A stretch of DNA of 59,545 nt, filler included. It is 5 parts of 5 records of this genome, joined end to end, with 100 filler letters (N's around TTAATTAATTAA, not from the genome) between each part and the next. Parts side by side here need not be neighbours in the genome. Positions count along the whole stretch, not along the records: positions 14,969 to 32,348 come from SRR31156797_5260; positions 32,449 to 44,993 come from SRR31156797_5262; 3 more parts are not named here. One strand, 5' to 3'. Position 1 is the first letter of the stretch. The number at the start of each line of letters is the position of its first letter. The notes beneath the pieces are model-generated. The model saw nothing but the letters and a program-made list of their open reading frames with translations. It did no database searches and was not told the origin of the DNA. A program made the translations under genes and the position numbers. Shown piece by piece: positions 29,875 to 40,541 of this stretch.

Positions 29875-31062
29875 TTACTTATCTCTCTTTTTTGGTGCCG
29901 TCATCGGTTTTTGGAGCTGAAGTATCTGTTCTATGGATCTGGCATTGAAAACGGTATTGTTTATTTGACCGGAAAGATTGATGACCTGGCCCGGCTTTTG
30001 GATATTTTTAATGCCCTTGATACTCTGTGCGTTTAAATCAAGTTCATTTAAATCAATCATTTTCACACTTCTGTCATGGTAGGTATGAAAATAATATCGG
30101 CGGTTTTTCAGGTCCGAAGCGCTGGTCCATTGGGTACTCTCGGAAATGACTTTGCCTGAATGCTTTTCCCGAACAGAACCTTTGGGAATATCAAACTGAT
30201 TCAGAATATGAAAAGCAATGCCGATCCCCTCGTCTACATTCTTGCCTTCATAAGCTGCGTTTGCCAAAAACGCCGCACGGACAAACCGTGAGGGGGGCGT
30301 AAAATCCCCGGGAAGGCCAACGGCGCCCGACCCCTGGCCAAACTGAGCGAACGCTTTATTCCCAATGGTGACGGGTGGGCTATTGTACGGTTTCAACCCG
30401 ATATAGTTCCGCTGGTTTGATGTATGCCAGTGATAAACAGGACAATTTGTGATGGCATTGACTTCGTTGTCATGAATGTTCAGTTTTCCACCAGCATATT
30501 CAATAACGGCGGCGTCCCCGGTTTCATCCGTGACAAAATAATGCAGATCCATAATGGGACCCAATTCAGGCATTTTGATGGCGAAAACCACGATTTTCGG
30601 CAATTTCTCACGGATTTCAGAAACACTTGCGCAGGTACCCAACATCCATGACGTCAAATCAAAGGAGGATATTGCACGGGAATGATTGTCGTTTGTCAAG
30701 GCCTCAAATTCCGCGCATCCTGGAAAAAGGAACGATCCGCAGGCAAGGCCTTTTTCATTTAGACCGTCCGCCACAAGAGGGGCCCCAAAGGGGTTAAAAC
30801 CCACATAGGCATATTTTGTTTTCCATGCCATTCCCGGTTTTCCGGAAAGCGTATGTCCCCGGTATTGATGATTCCGGGGGACAACGATCAGGTTAAACGG
30901 CATCTGCTCCGCACTGAACTCCAGGGTACGGGCAAAAATAAAATGGCCGTCTTCTGTTTTGAGCTGAATTCCCGTACATGCACGGCCTTCGATGGAAACC
31001 AGGACAAAAGTGAGCGTCAAGGCTATCGATACAATTAAACTCATATATTTCCGCTTTCCCAT
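29875..31062 (-). CDS. exported choloylglycine hydrolase / penicillin V acylase family Ntn hydrolase
   Basis: Signal peptide ending at A-C; CT nucleophile start, ARTLEF, DGLNEKGL, TN, GLPGDFTPPSRFVRA, TQWT. Confidence 0.92.
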   Translation of the reverse strand: MGKRKYMSLIVSIALTLTFVLVSIEGRACTGIQLKTEDGHFIFARTLEFSAEQMPFNLIVVPRNHQYRGHTLSGKPGMAWKTKYAYVGFNPFGAPLVADGLNEKGLACGSFLFPGCAEFEALTNDNHSRAISSFDLTSWMLGTCASVSEIREKLPKIVVFAIKMPELGPIMDLHYFVTDETGDAAVIEYAGGKLNIHDNEVNAITNCPVYHWHTSNQRNYIGLKPYNSPPVTIGNKAFAQFGQGSGAVGLPGDFTPPSRFVRAAFLANAAYEGKNVDEGIGIAFHILNQFDIPKGSVREKHSGKVISESTQWTSASDLKNRRYYFHTYHDRSVKMIDLNELDLNAQSIKGIKNIQKPGQVINLSGQINNTVFNARSIEQILQLQKPMTAPKKRDK

Positions 31063-31139
31063 AAGTCATCTCCTTTTCAAGTGAATGAGGAACGAGCGCA
31101 GCTTTAAAAAATCCCTCTCAATTTTATTGTTAGCTGATC

Positions 31140-31690
31140 TTATTTTGCTACCTTTTTTATGTCCGGCAGTTGCCAACTTCTATCGAAATAAGGTTTGGTG
31201 GGTGCATAGAATCGGAAATACGCAAACCACCCTCTGCCCGGAACCGTCGGGATCCAGTTCTTTTCCTTCCCTTTAGGTGCTTCCGGGCCAAAGTACAGAT
31301 CCACAGATCCATCATCATTCTTGATGAGATCCTTACGTGAATCGAGACCAGCGATTTCGTGCTTATTATCGATGAAGCAACGGGTCTCGGTGTTCGTCGT
31401 ATAGGGTCATGGCCCAGAACTGCTCTACAGGAGCGTTGGCTGGGACGTGCAATGAGTAGTTCTTCTCGCCCATCAGCCAATCGTCGTCTTTGTCTTTCTG
31501 AACACTGATGTACGCCTGGCCCTCACCGGGAGTCTTGGTAGTCATGCCGTACGTAAGGGTGACAGCTTCGTAGAACCAGGCCGTGCGCTCATCCAAAGAA
31601 GTGTAATGCTCGGTCTCCTGATCGGATTCGAGCAGCACGGCGTTCTTCCACTGCGTGCCCGGCCAGAGCTTGGCCTCCTTAACATTTGAC
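31140..31690 (-). pseudogene. DUF1254/DUF1214 protein remnant, 5'-truncated and frameshifted
   Basis: First frame reads ...LDERTAWFYEA...YSLHVPANAPVEQFWAMTLYD; after a frameshift near 31395 it continues TETRCFIDN...NDDGSVDLYFGPEAPKGKEKNWIPTVPGRGWFAYFRFYAP...WQLPDIKKVAK-stop (31140). Confidence 0.85.
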
Positions 31691-31714
31691 AATGTTCGAA
31701 ATTATGCGTAAAAT
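31681..31714 (+). promoter_or_regulatory. sigma70 promoter of hicBA with an overlapping inverted repeat
   Basis: TTGACA (31686-31691), 17-nt spacer, TAAAAT (31709-31714); AACATT-TGAC-AATGTT palindrome over the -35. Confidence 0.72.
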
Positions 31715-31737
31715 AACTTAAAGTTTGGAGGTTCAAC

Positions 31738-31974
31738 ATGATCAATTATACTGCAAAATATACAAAAATCGAATCTGGCTATCTTGGACAGCTTGTTGAA
31801 TGGCCAGAAGTCGTTACCGAGGGAAAAGACCTTGAAGATTGTCGGTCAATGCTTCATGACGCTCTCAATGAGATGATGCTTGCATATAGTGAGCTTGGAA
31901 AAGAAATACCATTGGGCAACGCACTCATTGAACAACTCCCTGTAGAGGTTGAACATGTCGGTCAAACGACGTGA
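31738..31974 (+). CDS. hicB: HicB-family antitoxin (short form)
   Basis: YTAKY...GYLGQLVEWPEVVTEGKDLEDCRSMLHDAL...IP; GGAGG RBS; overlaps hicA. Confidence 0.88.
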   Translation: MINYTAKYTKIESGYLGQLVEWPEVVTEGKDLEDCRSMLHDALNEMMLAYSELGKEIPLGNALIEQLPVEVEHVGQTT

Positions 31975-32143
31975 TTTAATTCGTTACATGGAAAAAAACG
32001 GTTTCTACCTCCATAGAGAAGATGGCAAACATTCGATTTATACGAACGACAAAAAGGTAATTCCAGTCAAAAGGCATAAACAATTCGATAGAATCACCGC
32101 TAATGAACTCTGCAAGCAAGCCGGACTAAAACCGAAGTTTTAG
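31955..32143 (+). CDS. hicA: HicA-family mRNA interferase toxin
   Basis: KRRDLIRYMEKNGF...GKHSIY...PVKRH...ANELCKQAGL with the conserved G-x-H catalytic His. Confidence 0.9.
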   Translation: MSVKRRDLIRYMEKNGFYLHREDGKHSIYTNDKKVIPVKRHKQFDRITANELCKQAGLKPKF

Positions 32144-32348
32144 ACTCGCATTTCTCAAAGACCCACAAATTTTTTATCTCTTGCCCCGTTCGCGGCTCTA
32201 TCCGCTCTACCGGCATGGTTGGACGGAGTTAGCCAGCTCCATTCAGCGTATTCTGTCTGGTTGTTTTTATTATCCTTTCTCTGTTAATTTCCGTTCATCT
32301 GCCATTTTTTATCCTTGCCTTAACGAGCAAGTTAATAAGTTAAGGGCG

Positions 32349-32448
32349 NNNNNNNNNNNNNNNNNNNNNNNNNNNNNNNNNNNNNNNNNNNNTTAATTAA
32401 TTAANNNNNNNNNNNNNNNNNNNNNNNNNNNNNNNNNNNNNNNNNNNN
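32349..32448. other. artificial contig spacer
   Basis: N44-TTAATTAATTAA-N44. Confidence 0.99.
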
Positions 32449-32508
32449 CAACAATGACTCTCGCCAAAGGCGCATCTTTCAAATAAAAAGGCCGCTTCCA
32501 AAGCGGCC
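32449..32508. repeat. intergenic repeat arm at the start of contig C, including a terminator-like hairpin
   Basis: 32449-32478 is the reverse complement of 14839-14868; followed by AAAAA-GGCCGCT-TCCAA-AGCGGCC. Confidence 0.85.
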
Positions 32509-32537
32509 CTTCCTTACTTCTTAACCTCAACAAGCAA

Positions 32538-33731
32538 TTATACAGTAATCCGACCTTTACGAAGCAGATATTCCAAGGCAATGGCAACCCCAAAAGCCCA
32601 AGCCAAATTAGCGGCCAATGTAATCCCCAGCATAATGATAATAATAAAAAGATCAGTTCGCGCTTCCACATCCTGTATGGTCAAGGCAAGCTGCGTCCCC
32701 GAAAAAAACAACAACACCCCAAGCACTCCCATTGGAAGCAGATGAAGCACACTGACCGACCCCGTGCCAAGCAACACAGCCAACGCCACAAAGAATCCAC
32801 CAATAATGAGATTCGAACCGGGAGTCCGTGCGCCAAAGGCATAATGAGCAGCCAGCCCCCCTGCCCCATGACAGACCGGCATACCACCAACCAAAGCGGC
32901 AAAAACATTCGACAGCCCCATGGAAATACACAATGCACGGTCAGTGACCCGACGGCTTTCCTTGCCGAAATATTCAAAACTCAAATCCCGATTGGCGATA
33001 ACCGCATTCCCCATAGTCATGGGAATTTGAGGCAAAACCAGAGCGAACAAGGCATACGAAAAATCTACCCCCGTAGGAAATCCGAAAGGCAATATCTCCG
33101 GGAAATGCAAACCAGGTTGAATCGAAGTTAATTCCCGCCATGCTCCAAATGCAGCCCCAAAAATCGCCCCGCAGACAACGACGACCAATCCAGCCGGATA
33201 CCGATGACTCCGCAACAAAAAAAGTGTGATGATTCCAAAGATCACTCCAGACACCACAGACATAGGCACCGGACCAAGGCTTTGGATAGTCATGAACGGT
33301 TCGACTGCACCTCGCATGGTCTGGAAAGAATTGGACCCGACAACCAGAGATGCGCCTTTGGATAAAAGCAACACACCTGTTGAAAGCTGAACACCACGAA
33401 TAACGGACTTGGGAACGATTTTGGCAACAACTTTGACCAACCCAGTCGCACCGAGAATAAGCAAGAGCGCGGCCAGCAGCATGCCAGAAGCAGTAATCAC
33501 GCCGGGAGTCAGGGCCAATGCGATACCATAGGCCGAAACAACCTTCATCGGCTGCACGGCTATAGGCACCCGATAATAGGAACCGACCACGACGTACATA
33601 AGTCCCACAGTCAAAAAAAGGCCTGTAGCAGACAGACCATTAATCATGATCATACCAAAAGCCAGAGGCAATAATGTCCCCAAATCCCCCACCGAACCGG
33701 CCCATTCCATTCTGTTGAAGCTAATTTTCAT
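32538..33731 (-). CDS. putative molybdate/sulfate transporter (MOT1-like)
   Basis: EWAGSVGDLGTLLPL, PIAVQPMK, QIPMTMGNA, MPVCHGAGGLAAHYAFGART. Confidence 0.9.
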   Translation of the reverse strand: MKISFNRMEWAGSVGDLGTLLPLAFGMIMINGLSATGLFLTVGLMYVVVGSYYRVPIAVQPMKVVSAYGIALALTPGVITASGMLLAALLLILGATGLVKVVAKIVPKSVIRGVQLSTGVLLLSKGASLVVGSNSFQTMRGAVEPFMTIQSLGPVPMSVVSGVIFGIITLFLLRSHRYPAGLVVVVCGAIFGAAFGAWRELTSIQPGLHFPEILPFGFPTGVDFSYALFALVLPQIPMTMGNAVIANRDLSFEYFGKESRRVTDRALCISMGLSNVFAALVGGMPVCHGAGGLAAHYAFGARTPGSNLIIGGFFVALAVLLGTGSVSVLHLLPMGVLGVLLFFSGTQLALTIQDVEARTDLFIIIIMLGITLAANLAWAFGVAIALEYLLRKGRITV

Positions 33732-33789
33732 GGTATTATCCTGCTTATTTTTCATATGGTATGAGGAATTTACAGATTCGACACAATGA

Positions 33790-34779
<990 letters not shown>

Positions 34780-34786
34780 GATATTC

Positions 34787-36040
34787 ATGAACCACGGTTT
34801 CTTCACTATTATCAGCCGAGAAGAATTTGTCGGCCTGCTCAAAGGATTTTCTCCGCTCGCACCAGAGACAAAAAGCCTGACACGCGCTTCCGGCCGCGTG
34901 CTGGCCGACGACATCATCGCCCAACATGACTGGCCTCTGCTTGACCGGTCCTGCATGGATGGATTTGCCGTCAATGCACGGGATATATTCGGAGCCACGG
35001 AATCCAACCCGGGGTATCTGGAATGTGTGGCTGCCCTGCCCATCGACAAGATGCCGGAAATCGAACTGAATCCCGGCGAATGTGCTCGGATTGCTACAGG
35101 TGGCGTACTCCCGAGCGGCGCAGACAGCGTGGTCATGGTGGAACACACTCAGGCCATGGAAGCAGACACTGACATGGGAACCATTGAGATTCGCAAAAGT
35201 GCAGCTCCCGGCGAAAACGTCATGCAACGGGGTGAAGACGCCAAAAACGGCGCAGTGGCGCTAGCTGCCGGCACTCTCATTCGCCCACAGGAAATTGGCC
35301 TTGCGGCAGCCTTAGGCTTTGAAGAAATTTCTCTACGTCGTCGCCCTCGTGTGGGTATCTTATCCACGGGCGACGAACTCATTGAAGTCGATGAAACACC
35401 AAAGCCGGGGCAGGTCCGAGATGTCAACTCCCTGACCATTGCCGCATTGGTCAAACAAGCCAATGGCAAACCGACCCGCTATGGCATTATCAAGGATGAT
35501 CTCGAAAGCTTGAGTCGTGCATTGAAAAAAGCCATCGAAGACAATGATATGGTTCTGTTGTCCGGCGGCAGTTCCATCGGCGTCCGCGACCTGACGGTGC
35601 AGGCCATCGAATCCATGAAAGATGCAGAAATTCTGGCGCACGGTGTCGCCCTGAGTCCGGGCAAGCCAACCATTTTGGGACGTGTGGCTGAAAAACCGGT
35701 CCTGGGTCTGCCGGGACAGGTGACATCCGCCTTGGTGGTCATGCACGTTCTGATCCTGCCGCTTATTCGCCACCTTCAAGGCGATGACCGAGGATTCACG
35801 GCAATGAACCGCACAAAGCGTAAAGCTGAACTGGCCCGAAATGTGGCATCAAAACCGGGCCGGGAAGACTACATCCGTATCCGACTGGAAGAACGGGATG
35901 GGGAATTGCCTTTGGCGCACCCGGTCCTCGGCAAATCAGGTCTGCTCCGAACCATTGTCCAAGCCCAAGGATTAGCCGCCATCCCAGCGGACTCCGAAGG
36001 GTTGTACCAAGGAGAAATGATTGACGTGTGGATTATCTAA
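34787..36040 (+). CDS. moeA: molybdopterin molybdotransferase MoeA
   Basis: RSCMDGFAV, IATGGVLPSGADSVVMVE, STGDEL, SGGSSIG, PGKPT, GLPG. Confidence 0.95.
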   Translation: MNHGFFTIISREEFVGLLKGFSPLAPETKSLTRASGRVLADDIIAQHDWPLLDRSCMDGFAVNARDIFGATESNPGYLECVAALPIDKMPEIELNPGECARIATGGVLPSGADSVVMVEHTQAMEADTDMGTIEIRKSAAPGENVMQRGEDAKNGAVALAAGTLIRPQEIGLAAALGFEEISLRRRPRVGILSTGDELIEVDETPKPGQVRDVNSLTIAALVKQANGKPTRYGIIKDDLESLSRALKKAIEDNDMVLLSGGSSIGVRDLTVQAIESMKDAEILAHGVALSPGKPTILGRVAEKPVLGLPGQVTSALVVMHVLILPLIRHLQGDDRGFTAMNRTKRKAELARNVASKPGREDYIRIRLEERDGELPLAHPVLGKSGLLRTIVQAQGLAAIPADSEGLYQGEMIDVWII

Positions 36041-36064
36041 CCAGCTGATATCAAAGATTTCTGA

Positions 36065-37015
36065 TTAAAGTTCTTCCATTTGCCCATCCAGTTCGAGGAT
36101 CTTCCATCCGTCGTTCCCTTTCATCAGGGCAAACACGGAATCCTCTTCCAGATTCTGGTCAAGATCAGCCACTTGTATTCGATAGGTTCCAAAAACACGG
36201 ACCTCGGCCACGTCCTCTTGCAAATAGACAAGATCAAACCTCAATCCTGCCGGGTCCACTTGTGCAGTACGCAATATCTTATACGTTCCGCGCTGACGTT
36301 GTATTTGCTTGAACACTTCAAACTGAAAGTCAAACCGATCACGCACATGCTGTGCGAACAAAGTGTGATACTCATCAGCAAGAGAGCTTTGCATTATATA
36401 AAACGTTCGCAGCAATTCTTTAATTTCATCTGGCACTTCATTGGTCAAATCCGCTGGAGGCAACACCGGAACTCGAACGTTCTCAGCACTCTCCCCTGAA
36501 ATGCCTTCTGTAGGAGCCGCCATAAGGGTCAAATAGAATTTGATCTCGGAAACTGCTAATTTCTGCTTACCGACTGCTCCGCCCTTGGGAAACACCTCAT
36601 CCACGATCACCCTGAAGGATTTAACAGGCTTGGATCGACATTCGATAACCTGTTCGCCAGCCTCATCTCGTAGCCAAAACGGACTTTCCGATCCATCGGG
36701 ATATACAATACGCCCGGAACGAATACGCCGAAATTCCTTGAAACGCCCTTCTTCCTGATGACCATTGAAGATACCGAGCCGAGTCACCCTGACCGGTACG
36801 GGAAACGCAAAGTCCATCCACTGGCCAGTACCGGAACTGATACTTCCACCAACCCAAGCCGTCGAAGGATCTCCATCAAGAAGGTTTCCGGGAGCATATG
36901 AAAAGGCATGGTCCACCTTAAAGCTGGAAACTGAAACTTCAACCTCCAATGCAAAAGCAGGGGTGGATGCCATAGACATGAAAAAAAAGATCGAAAACAA
37001 AATAAGATAGCGCAT
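36065..37015 (-). CDS. exported protein with a discoidin/F5-8-like (NADase-type glycan-binding) domain and an NTF2-like C-terminal domain
   Basis: Signal peptide ...AFA; NLLDGDPSTAW, GQWMDFAF, IFNG, AVSEIKFY; C-terminus ends ...DGWKILELD; start uncertain (37015 or 37027). Confidence 0.7.
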   Translation of the reverse strand: MRYLILFSIFFFMSMASTPAFALEVEVSVSSFKVDHAFSYAPGNLLDGDPSTAWVGGSISSGTGQWMDFAFPVPVRVTRLGIFNGHQEEGRFKEFRRIRSGRIVYPDGSESPFWLRDEAGEQVIECRSKPVKSFRVIVDEVFPKGGAVGKQKLAVSEIKFYLTLMAAPTEGISGESAENVRVPVLPPADLTNEVPDEIKELLRTFYIMQSSLADEYHTLFAQHVRDRFDFQFEVFKQIQRQRGTYKILRTAQVDPAGLRFDLVYLQEDVAEVRVFGTYRIQVADLDQNLEEDSVFALMKGNDGWKILELDGQMEEL

Positions 37016-37163
37016 GAATATTCTCATAACACAACTCATGGCAGCCAGTCCTGCACAAAAAACACACCTGTTTGTACGAAATTTCATACAAAACCACCCA
37101 TTATAAAAATACATTGCCATGTATTCCTTTGTAAAATTGGCTCTGTTGCTATAATACATTCTC

Positions 37164-37946
37164 ATGAAGTATAGATTCCTCATACTGACTTTTGTCCTCA
37201 CCCTCTCCTTTTGGATCGGAACAGGATTTGGTGTTTCCTGTTTTTCTGTAGAAGCGGCTGAGACAACCATCACAATGTTTGTTCCTGACACAGACTGGCC
37301 ACCTTATCTGATGGATAACCCGGAATATCCTGACGGAGGCGTATTCGTTGAAATTTTACGGGCTGTCGCCGCACCACTCGGACACTCCGTAAAGACCATT
37401 CCCCTTCCCAACCAACGGGGATGGATGATGCTTGAAAACGGCTCAGTTGATGTTCATGCCAAGGCGATTGAATGGGTGCCAAATGCAGAGGACTTCCTGT
37501 GGACCGAACCTTTCATGCAAAGCGAAGACGTACTTCTTTATCCGACCGACAAACCACTGAAATATTCTTCGCCCCAAAAGCTTTATGGCAAATCAATAGC
37601 CGCAATAAAAGGGTTCATCTATCCAGTACTTGAATCACACTTCGGCCCAGATAAAATCCAGCGGATAGATGTTGCTTCACCCTATGCAATGTTGGAACTT
37701 CTCTCCCTTGGCCGAGCTGATGCGGCTCTGGTCAACCGAACTGAAACACAGTGGTTGCTGCGTAACAAACCGGAACTCAATCCAAAACGCTTCACCCTTG
37801 ACGACACGCCGTGTGACAGTGCCAGTTACCGATTCGCATTTACCCGAAAAGGACACTGGAAACCTTTCATCAAAGAGTTCAACAAGACTCTTAAAACCAT
37901 GCAAAAAGACGGAAGACTTCAAGCCATCCTAGACAAATACCGGTAG
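37164..37946 (+). CDS. substrate-binding periplasmic protein (SBP_bac_3-like), orphan
   Basis: Signal peptide, DWPPY, GVFVEIL, GRADAAL, FNKTLKTMQKDGRLQAILDKY. Confidence 0.85.
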   Translation: MKYRFLILTFVLTLSFWIGTGFGVSCFSVEAAETTITMFVPDTDWPPYLMDNPEYPDGGVFVEILRAVAAPLGHSVKTIPLPNQRGWMMLENGSVDVHAKAIEWVPNAEDFLWTEPFMQSEDVLLYPTDKPLKYSSPQKLYGKSIAAIKGFIYPVLESHFGPDKIQRIDVASPYAMLELLSLGRADAALVNRTETQWLLRNKPELNPKRFTLDDTPCDSASYRFAFTRKGHWKPFIKEFNKTLKTMQKDGRLQAILDKYR

Positions 37947-37971
37947 CCACCCTTTTTCGTCCACATACCAC

Positions 37972-38000
37972 AAAAAAAGAGGAGCCAAATGGCTCCCCTT
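37972..38000 (-). terminator. Rho-independent terminator after ahcY
   Basis: A7 tract followed by GGAGCC-AAAT-GGCTCC hairpin. Confidence 0.6.
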
Positions 38001-38023
38001 CTTATTCATTACGTCCTCAAGAA

Positions 38024-39454
38024 CTAGTAGCGGTAGTGATCCGGCTTGAACGGGCCTTCCACTTCCACGCCGATGTAATCAGCCTGCTCCTTGGACAATT
38101 TTTCAAGCTTCACACCAAGGCGTTCAAGGTGCAAACGGGCAACTTCTTCGTCCAACTTTTTGGGCAGAATCATCACCTTGGGATCGTACTCATTCTTGGC
38201 CAGATCGAGCTGCGCCAACACCTGATTGGTAAAGGAGTTGGACATCACGAAGCTGGGATGGCCTGTGGCGCAACCAAGGTTGACCAAACGGCCTTCGGCC
38301 AGAACGATGAGTGACTTGCCGGAAGGCAGGGTCCATTTGTCGACCTGCGGCTTGACCTCTTTCTTGACGCACTTGGGGTTGCCTTCAAGGTGCAGCATTT
38401 CAATCTCGGAATCGAAGTGACCGATGTTGCAAAGAATGGCCTCGTCCTTCATGGCATCCATATGTGCGCCAGTGACAACGTGGTAGTTGCCGGTGCAGGT
38501 GACAAAGACATCACCACGAGAGGCAGCGTCATCCATGGTGGTAACTTCAAAACCTTCCATGGCAGCCTGAAGTGCGCAAATGGGATCAATCTCGGTGACA
38601 AGCACACGAGCGCCAAAACCGCGCATGGACTGAGCGCAGCCCTTTCCGACATCGCCGTAACCAATAACAACGACAACCTTACCCGCGATCATGACATCGG
38701 TAGCACGCTTGATGCCGTCAGCCAGAGACTCACGGCAACCATACAGGTTGTCGAACTTGGACTTGGTCACGGAATCATTGACGTTGATGGCCGGGAAAAG
38801 CAGGTCGCCGTTGCGCTGCATCTCGTAAAGACGGTGCACACCGGTCGTGGTTTCTTCAGACACGCCTCGGATAACCTTGGCAATTCTGGTCCACTTCTGC
38901 GGATCGGCAGCGTAGGAAGCCTGCAAGCGGTCCATGACAATCTGAAATTCCTGAACATCATATTCCTTGTCGAACAGGCTGGGGTCCTTTTCGCACTTCA
39001 CGCCCTGATGGACGAGCAGAGTCGCGTCACCGCCATCATCGACGATAAGATCAGGACCGGAACCGTCAGGCCATGTCAGAGCCTGTTCGGTGCACCACCA
39101 GAACTCTTCCAAAGTCTCGCCCTTCCATGCGAAGACCTTGGCCATGCCGGACTCGGCAATGGCTGCAGCAGCGTTGTCCTGAGTGGAAAAAATATTGCAG
39201 GACGCCCAACGCAGATCAGCACCAAGTTCGTACAGGCACTTAATAAGCATGGCGGTCTGAATAGTCATGTGCAGAGAGCCCATGATTTTAAGCCCCTTAA
39301 GCGGCTTTTCCTCACCGTATTTATCAATAAGAGCCATCAGGCCGGGCATTTCACGCTCTGACAACTGCATTTCCATGAGACCCCATTCAGCCAAAGACAG
39401 GTCAGCGACCTTGTTCTCGCACTTCGGGTCAACGGGCATAACGTTCTTGGACAT
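38024..39454 (-). CDS. ahcY: adenosylhomocysteinase
   Basis: [67 protein letters not shown]. Confidence 0.99.
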   Translation of the reverse strand: MSKNVMPVDPKCENKVADLSLAEWGLMEMQLSEREMPGLMALIDKYGEEKPLKGLKIMGSLHMTIQTAMLIKCLYELGADLRWASCNIFSTQDNAAAAIAESGMAKVFAWKGETLEEFWWCTEQALTWPDGSGPDLIVDDGGDATLLVHQGVKCEKDPSLFDKEYDVQEFQIVMDRLQASYAADPQKWTRIAKVIRGVSEETTTGVHRLYEMQRNGDLLFPAINVNDSVTKSKFDNLYGCRESLADGIKRATDVMIAGKVVVVIGYGDVGKGCAQSMRGFGARVLVTEIDPICALQAAMEGFEVTTMDDAASRGDVFVTCTGNYHVVTGAHMDAMKDEAILCNIGHFDSEIEMLHLEGNPKCVKKEVKPQVDKWTLPSGKSLIVLAEGRLVNLGCATGHPSFVMSNSFTNQVLAQLDLAKNEYDPKVMILPKKLDEEVARLHLERLGVKLEKLSKEQADYIGVEVEGPFKPDHYRY

Positions 39455-39481
39455 TACTTCCTCCAAATAGAGTGTTGATTT

Positions 39482-40393
39482 TTATTTTTTCTCGGCCTCG
39501 TAGAGTACAACCACGAGTCCCATATTAACTTCAAATTCAGTGACGGATTTCACGTCAAACCGCGCCTTTTCCAACCAACCGACCATCTTCTCACGGGGGA
39601 TACCGAGTCGACGATCGCCGTATTCACTCCGCATGAGTTCATTCTCATGCTGATCGAACTCGGCAATGATCAACCGGCCACCGATCTTGAGTACACGCCC
39701 GGCTTCCTTGAGAGCATCAATAGGCCGCGCCAAATGGTGCAACACCAGAGATACAACAGTACAGTCAGCTTCCCAATCACGCAAAGGCAGATGGGTCATC
39801 TCGCCTATACGCAAGGACATGGACGCGTCTTCCGAAAAACGTTCCTCAGCCAGTTCCAACATCTTGGGAGAGTTATCAACACCGATAACAGAATCCGATG
39901 TTCTGGACAAAATTTCGAGCATATCACCCGGTCCGCAGCCAATATCGGCTGCACAGGAACATTGAGGCAATCGAGCCTGAATTTCCTTCCCAAGGTTGAG
40001 GTCGCCAAGGACCTCGGCTGTCATACGGTCCCAATCAGAAGCAATGTCGTCGAAGAACTGACGAGTAGCAGCCGTCCGCTCACGAATAACCTTGTCAGCT
40101 CGATTTTGATCACGCTGCAAATCGGATTCTTCAGCCATCAACAGGCTGATACCGTCAAGGAACATACGCCCCTGACCTTCTTCGCTGGCTCTGTAAAAAG
40201 CCCAGAGTCCATCACGACGGACGTCCACCAGACCAGACTCTGATAAAATTTTCAGATGCCGGGAAATTCGGGACTGCCCCATTTCCATAACCTGTACGAT
40301 TTCACCAACATTCAATTCGTATTCCAAAAGAACGTTGACCAGTCGCGCCCGAGTGTCGTCAGATAATGCTTTGCAATATTTAATAATTTCCAT
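39482..40393 (-). CDS. sahR: SahR: ArsR-HTH plus SAM-binding methyltransferase-like repressor
   Basis: KALSDDTRARL...QSRISRHLKIL ArsR HTH; ADIGCGPG, VDNSPKML, LVLHHL; directly upstream of ahcY. Confidence 0.92.
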   Translation of the reverse strand: MEIIKYCKALSDDTRARLVNVLLEYELNVGEIVQVMEMGQSRISRHLKILSESGLVDVRRDGLWAFYRASEEGQGRMFLDGISLLMAEESDLQRDQNRADKVIRERTAATRQFFDDIASDWDRMTAEVLGDLNLGKEIQARLPQCSCAADIGCGPGDMLEILSRTSDSVIGVDNSPKMLELAEERFSEDASMSLRIGEMTHLPLRDWEADCTVVSLVLHHLARPIDALKEAGRVLKIGGRLIIAEFDQHENELMRSEYGDRRLGIPREKMVGWLEKARFDVKSVTEFEVNMGLVVVLYEAEKK

Positions 40394-40404
40394 GTCTCTT
40401 GCTC

Positions 40405-40426
40405 TATATCAGGATATCTTGATATA
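40405..40426. promoter_or_regulatory. putative SahR operator (palindrome)
   Basis: TATATCAGGATATCTTGATATA, near-perfect inverted repeat 11 nt upstream of the sahR start codon. Confidence 0.8.
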
Positions 40427-40541
40427 CGGAATAAAGACTACCTACCCCAAGTAACGGCAACCGGTCAAGTCCTGATGAACGACTTTCCGTTGCCCTGTTC
40501 AGTGGCATAGACTATAGGGGTTCTATACTACTACCGGAGGA

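Noticed and set aside
32181-32240. Minus-strand GTCCAAC-CATGCCGGTAGAGCGGAT resembling the left half of an integron attC site next to hicBA
   Set aside because: No complementary right arm or GTTRRRY end was found and no integrase is present. It would need a covariance-model search.
36065-37291. Upstream-extended ORF-track starts (also 10607, 11056, 22416, 33905, 33805, 34682)
   Set aside because: The extensions overlap neighbouring genes. Downstream starts with an RBS or family-typical N-termini were used instead.
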